Source: Bugula neritina
Taxonomy: Eukaryota; Animalia; Bryozoa
NCBI GenBank assembly: GCA_964035545.1
Contig: OZ037768.1
Location: 13,897,675-13,961,674, forward strand
DNA length: 64,000 nt
Direction of reading: 5' to 3'
The position numbers were made by a program, and so were the translations under genes. Of the stretch, positions 60,706-64,000 are shown piece after piece. The number at the start of each line of letters is the position of its first letter. The stretch's first letter is position 1. Below the pieces are notes generated by a model. It was not told the DNA's origin. It saw only the letters and a program-made list of their open reading frames with translations, and ran no database searches.

Positions 60706-62728
60706 TGACAATAATCCTCATCCATGGAACATATCTGTGAATCTCGTCCTTCCTGGGAATTCCCGATGTACAACGTTAGGATCACGTGAATGCCTGTTAC
60801 CTCATCTTCCTTGGCTACCACTATAGCTAGCACTACTTCTCTCTCTATAGCTGATCAATTGTGTGTGCCTTGTTCTTGTTGTAATGATTATGTTTTGTCG
60901 TCATTTATGTATATATGCCCTATATTATGTCACCGTTTTATAATATTCTGTATCTCACGAGAGAGTGTATTTTTTTATCAGAAAGGAGGCTTTCTGCTGG
61001 TTGGAGCGGTGTGGGAGCTGGTGAAGCTACCATCATAACGAAAACGGAGAAATGTTAATTCCCTTCTAAGTACAGCACAGGGTCACTAAGTATACTATGA
61101 AGATGACCCGAGACAGCAATCCGCCAATAGGAATCATGAACTATAATTAGTAGCTGTGACTTTTTGCGTAATAGTCAGTTAGGAATAGTCTGGCAAACTG
61201 TAAACACTGTGCTGAGTAGTTGTTGATGTATTTTGATAAATGTAGTTTTTGGATTGGATATCATTGTATAAAATATATTATTGTAACCTGAACCTTACTT
61301 GCGGAGTTGATTTAGCTTACATGTTATGAAGTAACTTGATTGCACACTAACCCACAATACTGAAAAAGATAACACTATGTACACAACAACAGAAAACTGT
61401 TGAGTCTATGAAACGTATCATAAGTCAATTATTTTGTGTTCAATCAATAAACAGCCACCCAGTAATTACAGTTCACACACCATTTCCGTAAGGCACATAC
61501 CATTCATTCAGGGTTAGCTGTGTTACACCACCAACAGGTCCTTGGTTTAATGGAACTCTTTTATCTTCATAATCACCAAGTTGTAAAGACCACATTGCAT
61601 GCTCTCCGCAGAAATCTGTGCTGTTGAAGTCAACTTGATAGTTTGAGTTTTTGCCACCATTGATTACAAAATCAAAGCTGAAATATTTACCAGAAAAACA
61701 TTCAGTATTCAAGGAGCTAGAATTTTACACTAGAAAAATTATAGTTATTTAACGCTCAGTCATTAAACTCACAAGTAGTTTCAAACATAACTTTAAGAAG
61801 TGTGGTTATCAGAAAGAGTGCAAAGTTAGAATAAAAGCTAGCTAGGGGATTACCATGTTTCTAAAAAGTTCGAAATGTACACAAGAGCAAGCATTAACCT
61901 TGTCTCATTGACATACACAGAGAAGACATGAAGTTGTCTCTTCGCCAGCACGTCACTAAAAAGAAAGCTCTGACCGCCAGCGTCAAATGTGTATATAAAA
62001 GTCAGGCGAGCCTGAACAAGACCAATCTTCGGCTAATATTGAAAATGCAACTTCTACTTTATTTAAAAAAACCACGTGGTCACTCAGAACAACAAACTCG
62101 ATGTACATACTTGCATTATGCGTGTCGGTGTACACTGTGATTTTATATCATCGGAATAATTATTGTAATAAACATTGCGTTGTTGAAAATAATTTACTGT
62201 TCCAGCACCAATACTTATTATAGAAAACTTTAGCGATGTAAATCAAATTTAAGATTTGAGTTTTTGATTAATGGTTACGTAAAAGTAAAAGTAAAGACAG
62301 CTCTAACTTTAGTAGATCTATTAGTATTAGTATTACATTTACTATTAGTATTACTGTATTACTATTAGTATTAGTATTAGTATTAGTATTGTGGTGGCTC
62401 GTGGAGCTACCAGCAACACAATACGCAAGGTTGCGTATTGACCCGGAACAATGTATTAGCCAATTAGCTAGGCTGTTTTATGAGTAATAGTAGCAGCTTC
62501 GCGCTACTAGCTCAGTTGAGGATAGTGCTGTAAATTAAATAGACGTGCGTATCATTACTGTTGTACATTAGATTTTATTATGTATTCTTGTATTAAAATA
62601 TAACAATATCTACTCGACTTAACCCGGTGAAGTTTCTCTAGTGATAAATAGACTCTCTTGGTGGCACATCGACCATAAAACTGAAAATTACAACAGTGGT
62701 GGCAGCGGTGGGATAGTGTACATCAAAG

Positions 62729-63595
62729 ATGGAGACTGAAAATGCTAGAATGCAACCACCCCCAGTAGAAGGTGAGCGTAGAAATGCTATTAATCCTGTG
62801 AATCGTGAGGGAGAAGAAGCTTATAGATATTGCTTGAAAGCTCCCACCTTTACTGGGTCGGAAGATGTCGAACAATTTATACAAGAATTTAGAGAGGTAA
62901 TGGAGATTGCTCAATGGCCGCACAGAGTGGCCCTTATCCAACTGCGGAGAGCGGTGACGGAACAAGCCAAGCCATACGGAGTGGGAACGGACGTAAACGG
63001 GATACTAGCTGCGCTGCGGGCCCGTTTTGGCATCTCCGCAATAGACGCTAGGACCAAGTTAGAAAGATTGTGCCGCACCCCGCGGACCCCGCTGCAAGAA
63101 CATGCCGCGACGGTGAAGAAGCTGGCGCAGATTGCGTATAGCGATCTGCCAACACAACACCAAGAGTGTTACACCTATGACGCCTTTGTCCAGTCACTAA
63201 ACGACCTGGGCCTACAACATCAACTACGAGCTAAAGGGATAACCAGAATAGAGGATGCCCTGAAGGCTGGAGAAGCTTACCTGTTGGCTACCCAAATGCA
63301 TCGAGCACAACGGAACCCACCAGTAGTTGGAGTCAGCGCTGCCAGGGCTACGACAGGTCCCGAAGCCCTCCCGCTGGAAGCCGAAGTGGACCGTATGGTA
63401 GAGATGCTGGGACAACTGGTAACCATTCTGGCCGGTGCTGGCCCCGGTCAGGCCCTGCGGGTGCCCCCAACGCCTGTGGGGCAGGGCTGGAGTGGCGCTG
63501 GTCAGGACCAGGGACAGAAAGGACGACCCCAATACCAGGGGGCGTTAAACTGTCACGGGCCGCAGACACTCTCCCTCCCCGCGGGCCGCAACTGA
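62729..63595 (+). CDS. gag: Gag (288 aa)
   Basis: Near-identical to 20771-21637. Confidence 0.92.
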   Translation: METENARMQPPPVEGERRNAINPVNREGEEAYRYCLKAPTFTGSEDVEQFIQEFREVMEIAQWPHRVALIQLRRAVTEQAKPYGVGTDVNGILAALRARFGISAIDARTKLERLCRTPRTPLQEHAATVKKLAQIAYSDLPTQHQECYTYDAFVQSLNDLGLQHQLRAKGITRIEDALKAGEAYLLATQMHRAQRNPPVVGVSAARATTGPEALPLEAEVDRMVEMLGQLVTILAGAGPGQALRVPPTPVGQGWSGAGQDQGQKGRPQYQGALNCHGPQTLSLPAGRN

Positions 63596-64000
63596 AGGAG
63601 TATGGTGGGACACGCCGTCGTCTGTCCGTACGGACACGACGGAACACTCCACCTGAGTGGCAGGTACCACGCAGGACTAGTAGGCCCGCACAACGGCCGA
63701 GTACCTTCTCCCTGCCACTCGCTAACCGGTTCCACCGGTTACCTCGGGAAGAGGAGCCCGCCACTGAAATGGAGCCAAAAGGCCCAGTGGAGAGTCCCAA
63801 ACCCCGCCGGCACCAACCTCGCCGCCGGAAACCCCGTAAACCACGGGTGAAACCCCCGCCGTCCTGTCAATCCAGGACAGCACATGCGGGGGGGGTGAAA
63901 GTACAACCACATGGAGAGAGCTATTTCCTACCCGGAAAGGTGGCCGGCAACGCCGTCACTTTCCTGCTCGACTCCGGTTGTACTACCAACCTTCTCAGTC
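63550..64000 (+). CDS. pol: Transframe region and start of Pol (protease), -1 frame
   Basis: Open from the slippery site (LSRAADTLPPRG...RKPRKPRVK...AHAGGVKVQPHGESYF...LLDSG) to the window end. Confidence 0.85.
   Translation, partial: MSRAADTLPPRGPQLKEYGGTRRRLSVRTRRNTPPEWQVPRRTSRPAQRPSTFSLPLANRFHRLPREEEPATEMEPKGPVESPKPRRHQPRRRKPRKPRVKPPPSCQSRTAHAGGVKVQPHGESYFLPGKVAGNAVTFLLDSGCTTNLLS

Larger units (their letters stand above)
53832..61374 (+). mobile_element. Full-length decayed gypsy copy E (zinc-finger-ORF family)
   Basis: LTRs 53832-54181 and 61010-61374, 4-bp TSD CTAT (53828-53831, 61375-61378), tRNA-Leu PBS 54183-54200. gag, pol and ORF3 are all present but broken. Confidence 0.95.
46336..61712 (-). 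pseudogene. Laminin-G-domain gene (laminin-alpha-like C-terminus), disrupted
   Basis: Exon-like pieces at ~61473-61712, ~52349-52440 joined to 47557-47671 (PTIPPPTCLPDEVIGH*SYGRRFGDEDISYASF), ~46997-47245 (FRALASSGLLLYAAN...LSLFMLDGHL...YADGLWWSI) and ~46336-46455 (GINGCIGDVKVNG). There is an in-frame stop and an LTR insertion inside one exon. Assignment of the outer exons is tentative. Confidence 0.6.
62390..64000 (+). mobile_element. Gypsy copy D (same subfamily as C), cut by the window edge
   Basis: 306-bp LTR 62390-62695 close to that of C, PBS 62697-62714, intact gag and the start of pol. Inserted in (TATTAG)n. Confidence 0.95.

Overview
AT-rich, intron-containing animal (invertebrate-like) genomic DNA dominated by nested Ty3/gypsy LTR retrotransposons. 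The species cannot be determined from the sequence. One gypsy family (tRNA-Leu primer site, 4-bp target duplications) is present as five copies from about four subfamilies: decayed A (~546-6170, -), decayed B (~6391-14523, +), near-intact young C (14524-21976, -), full-length decayed E (53832-61374, +) and D (62390 to window edge, +). Every copy whose 3' region is in view carries, in the env position, an extra gene that is not env. It encodes tandem C2H2-type zinc fingers and a C-terminal coiled coil; copies A and C also have a PxVxL motif and A, B and C a basic patch. The gene has a conserved phase-1 spliceosomal intron and a short ATG mini-exon at the end of pol. This spliced zinc-finger accessory gene is the best candidate for an undescribed system. 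The family also shows a G_UUA_AAC -1 frameshift signal with a covarying stem and loss of the Gag CCHC knuckle in the young subfamily. Other content: two Mag-like gypsy elements with 5-bp TSDs, a solo LTR, an Academ-type DNA transposon derivative and several MITEs. Host genes are a UBE2Q-like E2 gene (-) with an intronic tRNA-Tyr, a UPF0489/C5orf22-like gene (+) and a laminin-G gene (-) with an exon split by an LTR element.
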